A DNA stretch of 64,000 nt, from contig JANXYJ010000176.1 in NCBI GenBank assembly GCA_025350105.1, forward strand, positions 6,183 through 70,182, written 5' to 3'. This document shows positions 35,545 through 44,292 of this stretch, in pieces. The translations under genes and the position numbers were made by a program. This stretch comes from Terriglobia bacterium (GTDB taxonomy: Bacteria > Acidobacteriota > Terriglobia > Bryobacterales > Bryobacteraceae). The notes under the pieces are model-generated. The model worked only from the letters and a program-made list of their open reading frames with translations. It was not told the origin of the DNA and made no database searches. Within the stretch, counting starts at the first letter, position 1. The number at the start of each line of letters is the position of its first letter.

Positions 35545-36189
35545 ATGGTCAATTTATACGATCTGGATCCAGGCCCACAGTGTCCTGAGGTGATCCGCAT
35601 GATTGTGGAGATTCCGAAGAACTCCGCCAATAAATACGAGTTCGACGGAAAGCTGGGTGTATTTCGTTTGGACCGGCCATTGTACTCGCCGCTGCACTAT
35701 CCTGGCGATTACGGCTTTGTGCCGGGAACGCTGGCGGAGGACGGGGATCCACTGGACGTGTTGGTGCTGATGTCGGAGCCGAGTTTCACCGGGTGCCTGA
35801 TCGAAGTACGGCCGCTCGGCTACCTTGAAATGGTGGATGGCGATGAACGCGACCAGAAGGTTTTGGCTGTGCCCAAAAGCAGCCCACGCTATCAGGAAAT
35901 CCACGGCATCGATCAGGTATGGCCGCACATGCGCCGGGAGATCGAGCACTTTTTCACCATCTACAAGGAACTGGAAGGCAAGCAAACGCACATGGAAGGC
36001 TGGTGTGGGCCAATTGAGGCGCGGAAGTTGATCATGGACACGCGCATGGCTTATTTGATGACAAAGGCGCAGACGAAGTCGAGGGAGGAGGCGGGGGAAC
36101 CGGGTGGCCCGGGTAACAGCAACACGGAGGCGGCCAATGGTCCCAAGACGGGGGCGAAAAAGACCACGAAGAAACAACGCAAATCCTAG
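35545..36189 (+). CDS. ppa: inorganic diphosphatase (family I) with basic C-terminal extension
   Basis: 214 aa. Blocks are EIPKNSANKYEFD, DGDPLDVLV and DQKVLAV. About 42 extra Lys/Gly/Thr-rich residues follow the PPase fold. Confidence 0.95.
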   Translation: MVNLYDLDPGPQCPEVIRMIVEIPKNSANKYEFDGKLGVFRLDRPLYSPLHYPGDYGFVPGTLAEDGDPLDVLVLMSEPSFTGCLIEVRPLGYLEMVDGDERDQKVLAVPKSSPRYQEIHGIDQVWPHMRREIEHFFTIYKELEGKQTHMEGWCGPIEARKLIMDTRMAYLMTKAQTKSREEAGEPGGPGNSNTEAANGPKTGAKKTTKKQRKS

Positions 36190-36228
36190 GCGGGTTGCGG
36201 GAACGGGCGCGGGAATGTTGTTCGGGAC

Positions 36229-36957
36229 ATGAAAAGGCGAGATAATCTGCACGTGAAACTACTGGGGCGCTTGCTTGTTGCCGTCGGCTGCTTTGCCGGT
36301 TCGCTGGTGTTTGGGCATGACGTCATCACTACCAAGATCACCTTTAACCGTGAAATTTTGCGAATCATCTATCCGCGGTGCGCATCCTGCCATCGTCCGG
36401 GAGGGTCTGCTTTCTCACTTTTGACGTATTCTGAAGCGCGGCCCTGGGCGAAGGCGATACAGGAAGAAGTACTGGAACGCCGCATGCCGCCCTGGGGCGC
36501 GGTAAAGGGGTTTGGCGATTTCCGTGATGAACAGGCATTGACTCCGGAACAGATTGAAGTGATTGCGGATTGGGTGGAGGGCGGCGCGCCGGAAGGTGAG
36601 GAGAAGGATTTACCGCCGGCCCCCAAGGGTGAACCCACGGTGCGAACGCCATCCAGCGGAACGGAGACGACCGTCAGCGGAAACTTTCGCTTGGCAACTC
36701 CGCTGAAACTGGGAGGGTTACTGCCGCGGAAAGTGCCTGCGGGACTGTCTTTTCAGGTTACCGCTGAACTGCCCGATGGGAGTTTGATTCCGTTGCTGTG
36801 GATGCAACCATTCCAGCCAGCCTATAGCCATGCGTTCTACTTTCGTGAGCCTTGGGAACTGCCAGGGGGAACCATGATTCGGGGCGTGCCAGAGACGGCA
36901 CAAGTCACCCTGTTACCGGTTCAGAAAATTCCCGCAAAACCGTTGGCCACCCGATAA
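36229..36957 (+). CDS. putative c-type cytochrome domain protein (CxxCH)
   Basis: 242 aa with a signal/anchor. CASCHRPGGSAFSLLTYSEARPWAKAIQEEVLERRMPPW has a CxxCH heme motif and a downstream MPPW, as in PSCyt-type domains. Confidence 0.5.
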   Translation: MKRRDNLHVKLLGRLLVAVGCFAGSLVFGHDVITTKITFNREILRIIYPRCASCHRPGGSAFSLLTYSEARPWAKAIQEEVLERRMPPWGAVKGFGDFRDEQALTPEQIEVIADWVEGGAPEGEEKDLPPAPKGEPTVRTPSSGTETTVSGNFRLATPLKLGGLLPRKVPAGLSFQVTAELPDGSLIPLLWMQPFQPAYSHAFYFREPWELPGGTMIRGVPETAQVTLLPVQKIPAKPLATR

Positions 36958-37102
36958 CCTTTGCCGGGCTAAGCCCGTCCTATTCATAAGGATCCCCTGC
37001 CAATAGGGGGTAGTTGGGCTTTATTTGATCGTGTAAGATGATAATTTACAAGTCCTCTATACCGTTGGGCTTGCTACGCGTGCCGCTGAGGGCGAACCAC
37101 AA

Positions 37103-40100
37103 ATGAATTTAACTGCCGTTTTTATCCACCGACCGGTGATGACGTCTTTGTTGATGATCGGAATTCTGATCTTTGGCGTCGTGGGCTATTTGTCCCTGCC
37201 GGTGAGCGATCTGCCGAACATCGATTTTCCAACGGTGCAGGTACAGGCGAATCTGCCGGGTGCCAGTCCGGAAACAATTTCGGCATCCGTGGCGGCACCC
37301 TTGGAACGGCAGTTTTCTACGATTGCGGGTCTCGATTCGATGAGTTCGTCCAGCCAGCGCGGCAACACCAACATCACCCTGCAATTTTCCTTGGACCGGG
37401 ATATCGACTCAGCTGCGGCGGATGTGCAGAACGCTATTTCCGCGGTGGCGCGCAAGCTGCCTCCCGGCATGCCCAATCCGCCCGCGATGCAAAAGGTGAA
37501 CCCCGCGGATCAGCCGATCATCATGTTGTCGATGAACTCAACCACTTTGTCGCCATCGGCAGTGGATGAGTATGCAGAAACCGTGATCGGGCCGCAGATT
37601 TCAACCATCAGTGGAGTATCCCAAGTTTCTTTCCAAGGGCAAGCCAAGTACGCCGTTCGCGTGCAATTGGACCCCAATAAGTTGATGACCCGCGCCATCG
37701 GCTTGGACGACGTCCAAAGCGCTGTCGATCGCCACAATGCCAATTTGCCAACCGGCACCTTATGGGGTGCCAACCAGGCTTTTACCGTACAGGCCAACGG
37801 CCAACTGAACACGGCGCGGGAATACGAGCCGCTGATTGTCACCTACCGCAATGGATCGCCGGTGCGCTTGGGAGAACTGGGCAAGGTGGTGGATAGCATC
37901 GAGAACTTGCGCAGCGTTCATTGGTTCAACATGAAGCGGTCGATCATGTTGCAGGTGAACCGGCAGCCGGGGACGAATACGGTGGAGATTGTGGACCGCA
38001 TCCTGAAAATGATGCCGGCCTTCAAGGCACAGCTTCCGCCGGCGGTGAATCTGGAAGTGATGATTGATCGCTCCGAGGCCATTCGCGATTCGGTGCAGGA
38101 CGTGAAGTTTACTCTGCTGCTGGCGATGGGTCTGGTGATCCTGGTGATCTTCATCTTCCTGCGGAATCTGTCGGCAACGCTGATTCCCAGCCTGGCTTTG
38201 CCGCTCTCCATTTTCGGAACTTTCGCGATGATGCAGTTGTTTGGCTACACCATGGACAACTTGTCATTGATGGCGCTGACCTTGGCAGTGGGTTTCGTGG
38301 TGGACGATGCCATTGTGGTTCTGGAAAACATCGTACGCCACATGGAAATGGGCAAACCTGCATTTGAAGCAGCGCTGGAGGGCGGCAAAGAAATTGGCTT
38401 CACCGTTCTCTCGATGACGCTATCGCTAGCGGCGGTGTTCATTCCCGTGATGTTTATGAGCGGCATCATTGGACGGCTGTTCCACGAATTCGCAGTGGTG
38501 ATTATGTCGGCCATCGCGATTTCCGGTTTGGTTTCATTGAGCTTAACGCCGATGATGTGCAGCCGGTTCCTGCGGCCGCCCAGCCATCATCACAATTGGT
38601 TGTTCCGCATGACGGAAAAGATGTTCGACGCGTGGCGCGATGCCTACGGTTGGACCTTGCGCGGCGTGGTGAAGCATCGCTTCATTACTTTGCTGGCGGC
38701 ATTTGGCACACTGGCGGCTACCTATTACGTTTATAAGATGGTGCCTACCGGCTTCATTCCCAGCACCGATACTGGTTTTATCTCTGGCCAGTTTCAATTC
38801 GCTCAGGATGCCTCGTACGAGTCAATGGAAAAGACCGGCCGCGTGATGGCCCAGATCGTCGCGGACGACGCGAATGTAGCGGTGTCGGGCACCAACATTT
38901 TCGCCGGCGGCAACGGTGGGCGCATCATGTTGCGGCTGAAACCCAAGTTCTCAAGCGTATCCTGGTTAGCGTCCGCTGATGAGAAGGAGCGGCCGGAAGA
39001 CTACCGCAAGCTATCGGCCGACGAAGTAATCAACGAGCTTCGCCCCAAGTTGAATCGTGTTCCGGGCGGAAGAATCTTTTTGACCAACCCTCCCTCCGTG
39101 CGCATTGGCGGATTTCAAAGCCGTAGCCAGTACGTCTTCACCTTGCAGGGTCAGGATTTGAAGGAACTCTACCGCACCTCGGCCAATTTTGAATTAGTGA
39201 TGCGGCAGATCCCCGGATTGGTGGACGTGAACAGCGATTTGCAGGTAGCCAGCCCGCAGCTTACGTTGGACATCGATCGCGATCATGCCGCGGCCATGGG
39301 TGTGACGGCAAACCAAGTGGAGAATGCGCTATTCAGCGCCTATGGAACCAGGCAGGTTTCCAGTATCTTCACTCCCACCAACGACTATCAGGTGATTATG
39401 GAGTTGTTGCCGCAATACCAACGCGATCAGACCGCGCTGGGGATGTTGTACATACGCTCCTCCAGCGGCAAGCTGGTCCCACTGGATGCGGTGACCACAT
39501 TACGGAACACAGTAGGACCGCTCACCGTGACCCACTACGGACAATCTCCGTCGGTTTCTTTCTCCTTCGATCTGGCGCCAGGGATTTCGCTCGGCGACGC
39601 GACGCAGCGAATTGAAGAAGCGGCGCGGCAGAACCTGCCGGGCACCATGCGTTACACCTTTCAGGGCACGGCGGCGGCGTTCCAATCCTCCTTCGCCGGT
39701 ATGGGGATGCTGCTGGCCATGGCCATCCTGGTGATCTACATGGTGTTGGGCATTTTGTATGAAAGCTTCATTCACCCGCTGACCATTCTTTCAGGTTTGC
39801 CTTCAGCTGGTCTGGGTGCCCTGATTACACTGCTGATCTTTAAGGACGAACTGAACATTTTCTCGTTCGTCGGCATCATCATGCTGATTGGCATCGTGAA
39901 GAAGAACGCCATCATGATGATCGATTACGCGGTGGAGGCGCAGAAGAGCATGGGCCTTTCTCCAGCTGAAGCGATTACCGAAGCCTGCCTGGTACGGTTC
40001 CGTCCCATCATGATGACCACCATGGCTGCCCTGGTGGGAACCTTGCCGATTGCTTTGGGGCTTGGCGCAGGTGGTGAAGCGCGGCGGCCTCTGGGTTTGG

Positions 40101-40255
40101 CGGTCGTGGGTGGTCTGGTGGTATCGCAGTTGTTGACGCTCTACATCACACCGGTGATTTACATCTACATGGAACGGTTTACCCGAAGCGGAAGAAAGTC
40201 CACCAAACCTTTGGCCGTTTCGTCGTTACCGGAACCGCAGCCTGCGATGCAGTAA
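37103..40255 (+). CDS. multidrug efflux RND permease (AcrB/MdtB/MdtC, HAE1 type)
   Basis: 1050 aa. The N-terminus is FIHRPVMTSLLMIGILIFG. It has 12-TM architecture with two large periplasmic loops. Confidence 0.9.
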   Translation: MNLTAVFIHRPVMTSLLMIGILIFGVVGYLSLPVSDLPNIDFPTVQVQANLPGASPETISASVAAPLERQFSTIAGLDSMSSSSQRGNTNITLQFSLDRDIDSAAADVQNAISAVARKLPPGMPNPPAMQKVNPADQPIIMLSMNSTTLSPSAVDEYAETVIGPQISTISGVSQVSFQGQAKYAVRVQLDPNKLMTRAIGLDDVQSAVDRHNANLPTGTLWGANQAFTVQANGQLNTAREYEPLIVTYRNGSPVRLGELGKVVDSIENLRSVHWFNMKRSIMLQVNRQPGTNTVEIVDRILKMMPAFKAQLPPAVNLEVMIDRSEAIRDSVQDVKFTLLLAMGLVILVIFIFLRNLSATLIPSLALPLSIFGTFAMMQLFGYTMDNLSLMALTLAVGFVVDDAIVVLENIVRHMEMGKPAFEAALEGGKEIGFTVLSMTLSLAAVFIPVMFMSGIIGRLFHEFAVVIMSAIAISGLVSLSLTPMMCSRFLRPPSHHHNWLFRMTEKMFDAWRDAYGWTLRGVVKHRFITLLAAFGTLAATYYVYKMVPTGFIPSTDTGFISGQFQFAQDASYESMEKTGRVMAQIVADDANVAVSGTNIFAGGNGGRIMLRLKPKFSSVSWLASADEKERPEDYRKLSADEVINELRPKLNRVPGGRIFLTNPPSVRIGGFQSRSQYVFTLQGQDLKELYRTSANFELVMRQIPGLVDVNSDLQVASPQLTLDIDRDHAAAMGVTANQVENALFSAYGTRQVSSIFTPTNDYQVIMELLPQYQRDQTALGMLYIRSSSGKLVPLDAVTTLRNTVGPLTVTHYGQSPSVSFSFDLAPGISLGDATQRIEEAARQNLPGTMRYTFQGTAAAFQSSFAGMGMLLAMAILVIYMVLGILYESFIHPLTILSGLPSAGLGALITLLIFKDELNIFSFVGIIMLIGIVKKNAIMMIDYAVEAQKSMGLSPAEAITEACLVRFRPIMMTTMAALVGTLPIALGLGAGGEARRPLGLAVVGGLVVSQLLTLYITPVIYIYMERFTRSGRKSTKPLAVSSLPEPQPAMQ

Positions 40256-40304
40256 GCCGCGAACCACTCAGCGCGACGCACGACAGTGCTAGATGCAAAT
40301 GACA

Positions 40305-40339
40305 AGGCCCGCCCCCAAGGGGACGGGCCTGTTGCTTTT
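40305..40339 (+). terminator. Rho-independent terminator after the RND gene (possibly bidirectional)
   Basis: Reads AGGCCCGCCCC-(CAA)-GGGGACGGGCCU followed by GUUGCUUUU. It lies between convergent genes. Confidence 0.65.
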
Positions 40340-40357
40340 CAGGCGGACTGAGGGAGT

Positions 40358-41239
40358 CTAAACGCTGATCACCGGGCAAGGGGAATTGCGGATGATGGCA
40401 TGGGCATGGGTGCGCAGCCGGCCAAGCTTGCCTTGTATGGTTCCACGGCCAATGATCAATAAATCCGCACCGTGCTGGGTTGCTTCCTCTTTGATCACGT
40501 CGGGAACTGTTCCGGAGTTTATGCAAATTGGTACGTGAAGATCGGCCTCGCGCTCCATGCGTTCGATGGTCTGCCGCGCGTTGCTGCGAATCTGCTCTTC
40601 GAACTCCTGGTCCATCTGCCGTTCTGGCCATGCCTCCATACCGGGGACAGCGTGAACGATGCGTATTTTGACGGCGGTGCCGCTGGTGGCCAAATTCTTC
40701 GCCATTCGGCCGGCCCAGCGAATCACGCGCACGGCGTCCTCCGTGGTGTCCACCGCGCACATGATGTTGCGCAAGGCGAGATGTTGCTGGTCAGGAAGCT
40801 CGCCCGTGTGAGCGTCGGTCCAGACGGGGCAATGCGCATCGTGCAACACCTTGGAGGTAACCGAGCCCAACAACAGTTGCCGAAACACACCGTAGCCGTG
40901 CGTGGGCATCATGATCAGGTCCACGTTGTGCTCCTGCGCGTAGCGCGCAATTGTGTCGCCGGGATCGCCGATCAGGCTAACCCGTTCCACCGGGGTGGTC
41001 CCAAATTCGGTTCGAAATGTCCGGCCTAATTCCGACTGGGCTTGCAAACGGAGTTTCTCGATGTCGATCACGGGCGAACCGGCCAGCCCTCCGGCGTAGT
41101 GCGGATGGACGATGCTGAGCAGCGTGACGTTGGCGTTGTGCCGCTTAGCCATGTCGACAACAAAAGGCACAGCGGTGGACGAACGCTCCGAAAAGTCAAT
41201 CGGAAACAGGATGTGTTTGATACTCATATTGGCCTCCAC
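40358..41239 (-). CDS. universal stress protein (tandem UspA domains)
   Basis: 293 aa. It begins ILFPIDFSERS and has two Usp repeats. Each repeat ends in a G-x2-G-x9-G(S/T)-like block (LLGSVTSKVL, GRLRTHAHAII). Confidence 0.85.
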   Translation of the reverse strand: MEANMSIKHILFPIDFSERSSTAVPFVVDMAKRHNANVTLLSIVHPHYAGGLAGSPVIDIEKLRLQAQSELGRTFRTEFGTTPVERVSLIGDPGDTIARYAQEHNVDLIMMPTHGYGVFRQLLLGSVTSKVLHDAHCPVWTDAHTGELPDQQHLALRNIMCAVDTTEDAVRVIRWAGRMAKNLATSGTAVKIRIVHAVPGMEAWPERQMDQEFEEQIRSNARQTIERMEREADLHVPICINSGTVPDVIKEEATQHGADLLIIGRGTIQGKLGRLRTHAHAIIRNSPCPVISV

Positions 41240-41490
41240 TGGTAATGACGATGCAATCGGCTTGCCGTGGCCAAGCGTGGTCCAGACCAGCTAAGTAATA
41301 GAGCTCATGGGATCCGTGCACAGGAATTTGCGCTTGGGCTGCGGGAAAACACGCAGCAGGCGCGTTGGGATTGGCCAAAAGATAGCACGTTCACTGAAGC
41401 AGTTTGCGATAAACTACAATTTCTGTTTTCGGCTTGTCAGTTATTCTTGTCGGTTATTCAATGAAGCAGGCAGCCCAAGGAGGCACCACA

Positions 41491-42234
41491 ATGAAATGCC
41501 CAAATCGAGCACCCATCGCGCTGGCGGGTTTCCTCTTGGCGGCTGTACCGCTGCTGGCCCACAACGTAGCCGCCAAGGACGCCGAGTTCCTGAAGCAAAG
41601 CCAGGGCGCGCAGATCATTCCATTCATCTACCTGGGAGCCAAGCATATGGTCACCGGCTATGATCATTTGTTGTTTCTGTTCGGAGTGATCTTCTTTCTG
41701 TATCGCCTGCGGGATGTGGCTATTTATGTCACCTGCTTTGCGGTGGGGCACAGCATCACGCTGCTGACGGGCGTGCTGGGTGGGATGCACCTGAATCCGT
41801 ATATCGTCGACGCCGTGATTGGGCTCTCGGTGGTCTATAAAGCGTTTGACAATCTGGATGGATTCCGCACGCTTTTCGGATTTCAGCCCAACACCAAAGT
41901 TGCGGTGCTGGCGTTTGGGCTGGTACATGGTTTTGGGTTGGCGACGAAGCTGCAAGATCTGCATCTCTCCGCGAACGGGCTGATCGGCAACATGCTGTCG
42001 TTCAACGTAGGCGTCGAGGTGGGACAGTTGCTGGCACTGTCGGTGATTCTATTGGCAATGACATGGTGGCGATCCACCGCCGATTTCACTAAACACGCGG
42101 TTGCGGCCAACGTGGTTGTGATGGGACTGGGATTCATTTTGATGGGCTATCAGATTGCGGGATATTACGCGGAGACGGCGACACCTGCCGCGGCATTGCT
42201 GCCTGCCGTGGCTTTGTTACGGAACGGGCGTTGA
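41491..42234 (+). CDS. hupE: HupE/UreJ family (HupE_UreJ_2) membrane protein
   Basis: ATG at 41491 is preceded by AAGGAGG with 7-nt spacing. The product has a signal peptide, then GYDHLLFLFGVIFF and HGFGLA motifs. The ORF track start (41434) is probably too far upstream. Confidence 0.8.
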   Translation: MKCPNRAPIALAGFLLAAVPLLAHNVAAKDAEFLKQSQGAQIIPFIYLGAKHMVTGYDHLLFLFGVIFFLYRLRDVAIYVTCFAVGHSITLLTGVLGGMHLNPYIVDAVIGLSVVYKAFDNLDGFRTLFGFQPNTKVAVLAFGLVHGFGLATKLQDLHLSANGLIGNMLSFNVGVEVGQLLALSVILLAMTWWRSTADFTKHAVAANVVVMGLGFILMGYQIAGYYAETATPAAALLPAVALLRNGR

Positions 42235-42245
42235 AAGGTGAAAGC

Positions 42246-42803
42246 ATGAACGGAGAAACCATAAACGCGGTTCAAATGCCCGATCGGCAGGGTCTGTTGA
42301 TGCGCGCGGGTCTGGCGTTGGTGGCAGCTGCGGTCATCTTGTTGTTGTTCGTGCTGCCCGCGGAGTTCAAAATTGATCCGACGCACTTCGGACGGCTGAC
42401 CGGCTTGATTCGGTTGTCGCAGCCGGATAAACCGGCACTGAATACGACAGCAGCTCATAGTTACAACGGCGAGTTTCGCACCGACGAAGTGGAACTGACG
42501 CTGGTGCCCGGCGAGTCCTTCGAATATAAAGTAAAGATGAAACCGGACGCGGCGTTGGTCTATTCCTGGACGTCTTCGACACCCATCGAGTACGATTTTC
42601 ACGGTGAAGCCGACAAAGATCCCGGCAACGCGGTGAGCTACAAGGCCGTAACGGCAGCGGTATCGCAAGGGTCCCTGATCGCACCGTTCCAAGGCATTCA
42701 CGGCTGGTATTGGAACAACACGAACAAGGTGCGGGCAAATATCAAGTTGAAGATGGCAGGCCAGTATGAGCTGACGGTGGATTTTAGCGAGCCGAAGGAA
42801 TGA
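42246..42803 (+). CDS. hypothetical membrane-anchored protein
   Basis: About 185 aa. One TM helix (AGLALVAAAVILLLFVL) is followed by a beta-rich soluble domain. The ORF is open from a TTG at 42231 that overlaps the hupE stop. ATG 42246 is preceded by AGGTGA. Confidence 0.45.
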   Translation: MNGETINAVQMPDRQGLLMRAGLALVAAAVILLLFVLPAEFKIDPTHFGRLTGLIRLSQPDKPALNTTAAHSYNGEFRTDEVELTLVPGESFEYKVKMKPDAALVYSWTSSTPIEYDFHGEADKDPGNAVSYKAVTAAVSQGSLIAPFQGIHGWYWNNTNKVRANIKLKMAGQYELTVDFSEPKE

Positions 42804-43276
42804 TCTTGAACGAGCAGTATTCGTTTCACGACGTGCGCTATTCCATTAGCCGAAAACTTAGCTACGACGTCGAGTTGTCCTTTAACGGCCTGCCACGCAA
42901 GGAATGCCTGGAGGCACGAACAACTCTGGTGCGATTGGATTTTCCCGTGGTGTTCGGCATCTTCGCAAAGGTGTGGTGGATGCGCGAAAATGTCTTGCAG
43001 GGTATCGTCAACTCTTCCGATCCTGGCGTGGTGGCATTACGGCAGGAATGGCAGCATCAACAGGCCCTGCCCAAAGCCGCGAAGGGAATACGGACGCAGG
43101 TTCTCGAAATTGAATTGACCACTGCCGTGTTTGCGTGGGTGGGCCAAGCCAGCCCGTTGTTCCATAGGCGGGGCGGCGCGGAACAGATTTACCTTCCTAA
43201 TTTGGCTTCCGGCACTGGCCCTGACCGGAGTAGTCACGCGCGGCTGCGCCGTACCTACACACTACCTATTCAATAG
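42800..43276 (+). CDS. hypothetical protein (orphan)
   Basis: 158 aa. ATGA overlap with the upstream gene and GAAGGAA just upstream. No signal peptide and no family recognised. Confidence 0.35.
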   Translation: MILNEQYSFHDVRYSISRKLSYDVELSFNGLPRKECLEARTTLVRLDFPVVFGIFAKVWWMRENVLQGIVNSSDPGVVALRQEWQHQQALPKAAKGIRTQVLEIELTTAVFAWVGQASPLFHRRGGAEQIYLPNLASGTGPDRSSHARLRRTYTLPIQ

Positions 43277-43292
43277 GCGTTCATCGGTTTCC

Positions 43293-44216
43293 TCAGTGCG
43301 TCATGGCATGCACAATGTAATTCACGCCAATGCTCATGCCTAAGTTCGAGAACCTTTCTTCGTAGCGCGGATCATCGGCGAACGCCCATGAATCGCCAAT
43401 GTCGGAGTTGAAAGCAATGGCTACCAGAATACGGCCGCTCTTGTCTGAGATCGCTCTCCACTGGGCGGGACAGTTTTGGCATTTTTCCATGAGACCGGTT
43501 TCCAGGATACGCGCGCCGGGTACTTGACTGCGATGGTTCAAGTCATAGACGGTATGAAAGATGGGCGCGTCGTTTGCCAGATCGTGCGCCAAATATTCCG
43601 GGAACACACGGTTCATGCTGGCCTCGAAGGTGCGCCATTGATTGGGACCCCAGAAGTCGTCCACCATGAAGAATCCGCCGCGCAAGATATACTCTCGGAG
43701 CTTTGCCGCTTGCGAATCCGTCAGGTCCCATTGGCCCACCTGCACGGCGTAAAGAAACGGCCAGTTGAAAACATCGTCGCCATCATCAAGATTGACGGGC
43801 TGCTCCACGCTTCGCGCATCGATTCGGCTTAGGCGGCGAACGGCACGTAGAAAGTGCCGGTCCGCGCGCGGATAGTCCTGCGTCCAAATCGATCGTCCTT
43901 CAAACCAACTGTTCGCGCTAAAGCCTCCGAAACCGAAACCGCCTTGCCCTTGAAAGGGCGGATACATCAGACGGGCGAACGCAAATTCCGCCGGTGTACG
44001 AAAATCAGGCGGCACTGGAAAGTCGTTGTACTCAATGCCTGGATATTCGCGGAAAGGCTGGGGGCCGGATGCATCTCCGTTTTGAGCGATTGGCGGATGT
44101 CCCGGTACTGCATGTTTGTGTTCAGTGGCGAACAGGGTGGCCGCAATCAGAAAGCCGGCCGTCACAAACACCACTACGCCTGCTTGAACCAAAACAGCTC
44201 TGCGCAAGGTGGGCAC
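43293..44216 (-). CDS. DUF4159 domain-containing protein
   Basis: 307 aa with an N-terminal TM helix. YPRADRHFLRAVRRLSRID...NWPFLYAVQVGQWDLTDSQAAKLREYILRGGFFMVDDFWG matches my memory of the DUF4159 core. Confidence 0.6.
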   Translation of the reverse strand: MPTLRRAVLVQAGVVVFVTAGFLIAATLFATEHKHAVPGHPPIAQNGDASGPQPFREYPGIEYNDFPVPPDFRTPAEFAFARLMYPPFQGQGGFGFGGFSANSWFEGRSIWTQDYPRADRHFLRAVRRLSRIDARSVEQPVNLDDGDDVFNWPFLYAVQVGQWDLTDSQAAKLREYILRGGFFMVDDFWGPNQWRTFEASMNRVFPEYLAHDLANDAPIFHTVYDLNHRSQVPGARILETGLMEKCQNCPAQWRAISDKSGRILVAIAFNSDIGDSWAFADDPRYEERFSNLGMSIGVNYIVHAMTH

Positions 44217-44292
44217 GATGTCGACATCAGCGTAACACGAGGCGCGGGTTCGCTCCTACGGCCAAAAGGTGACAAAATAGCAGGGGAAACTT

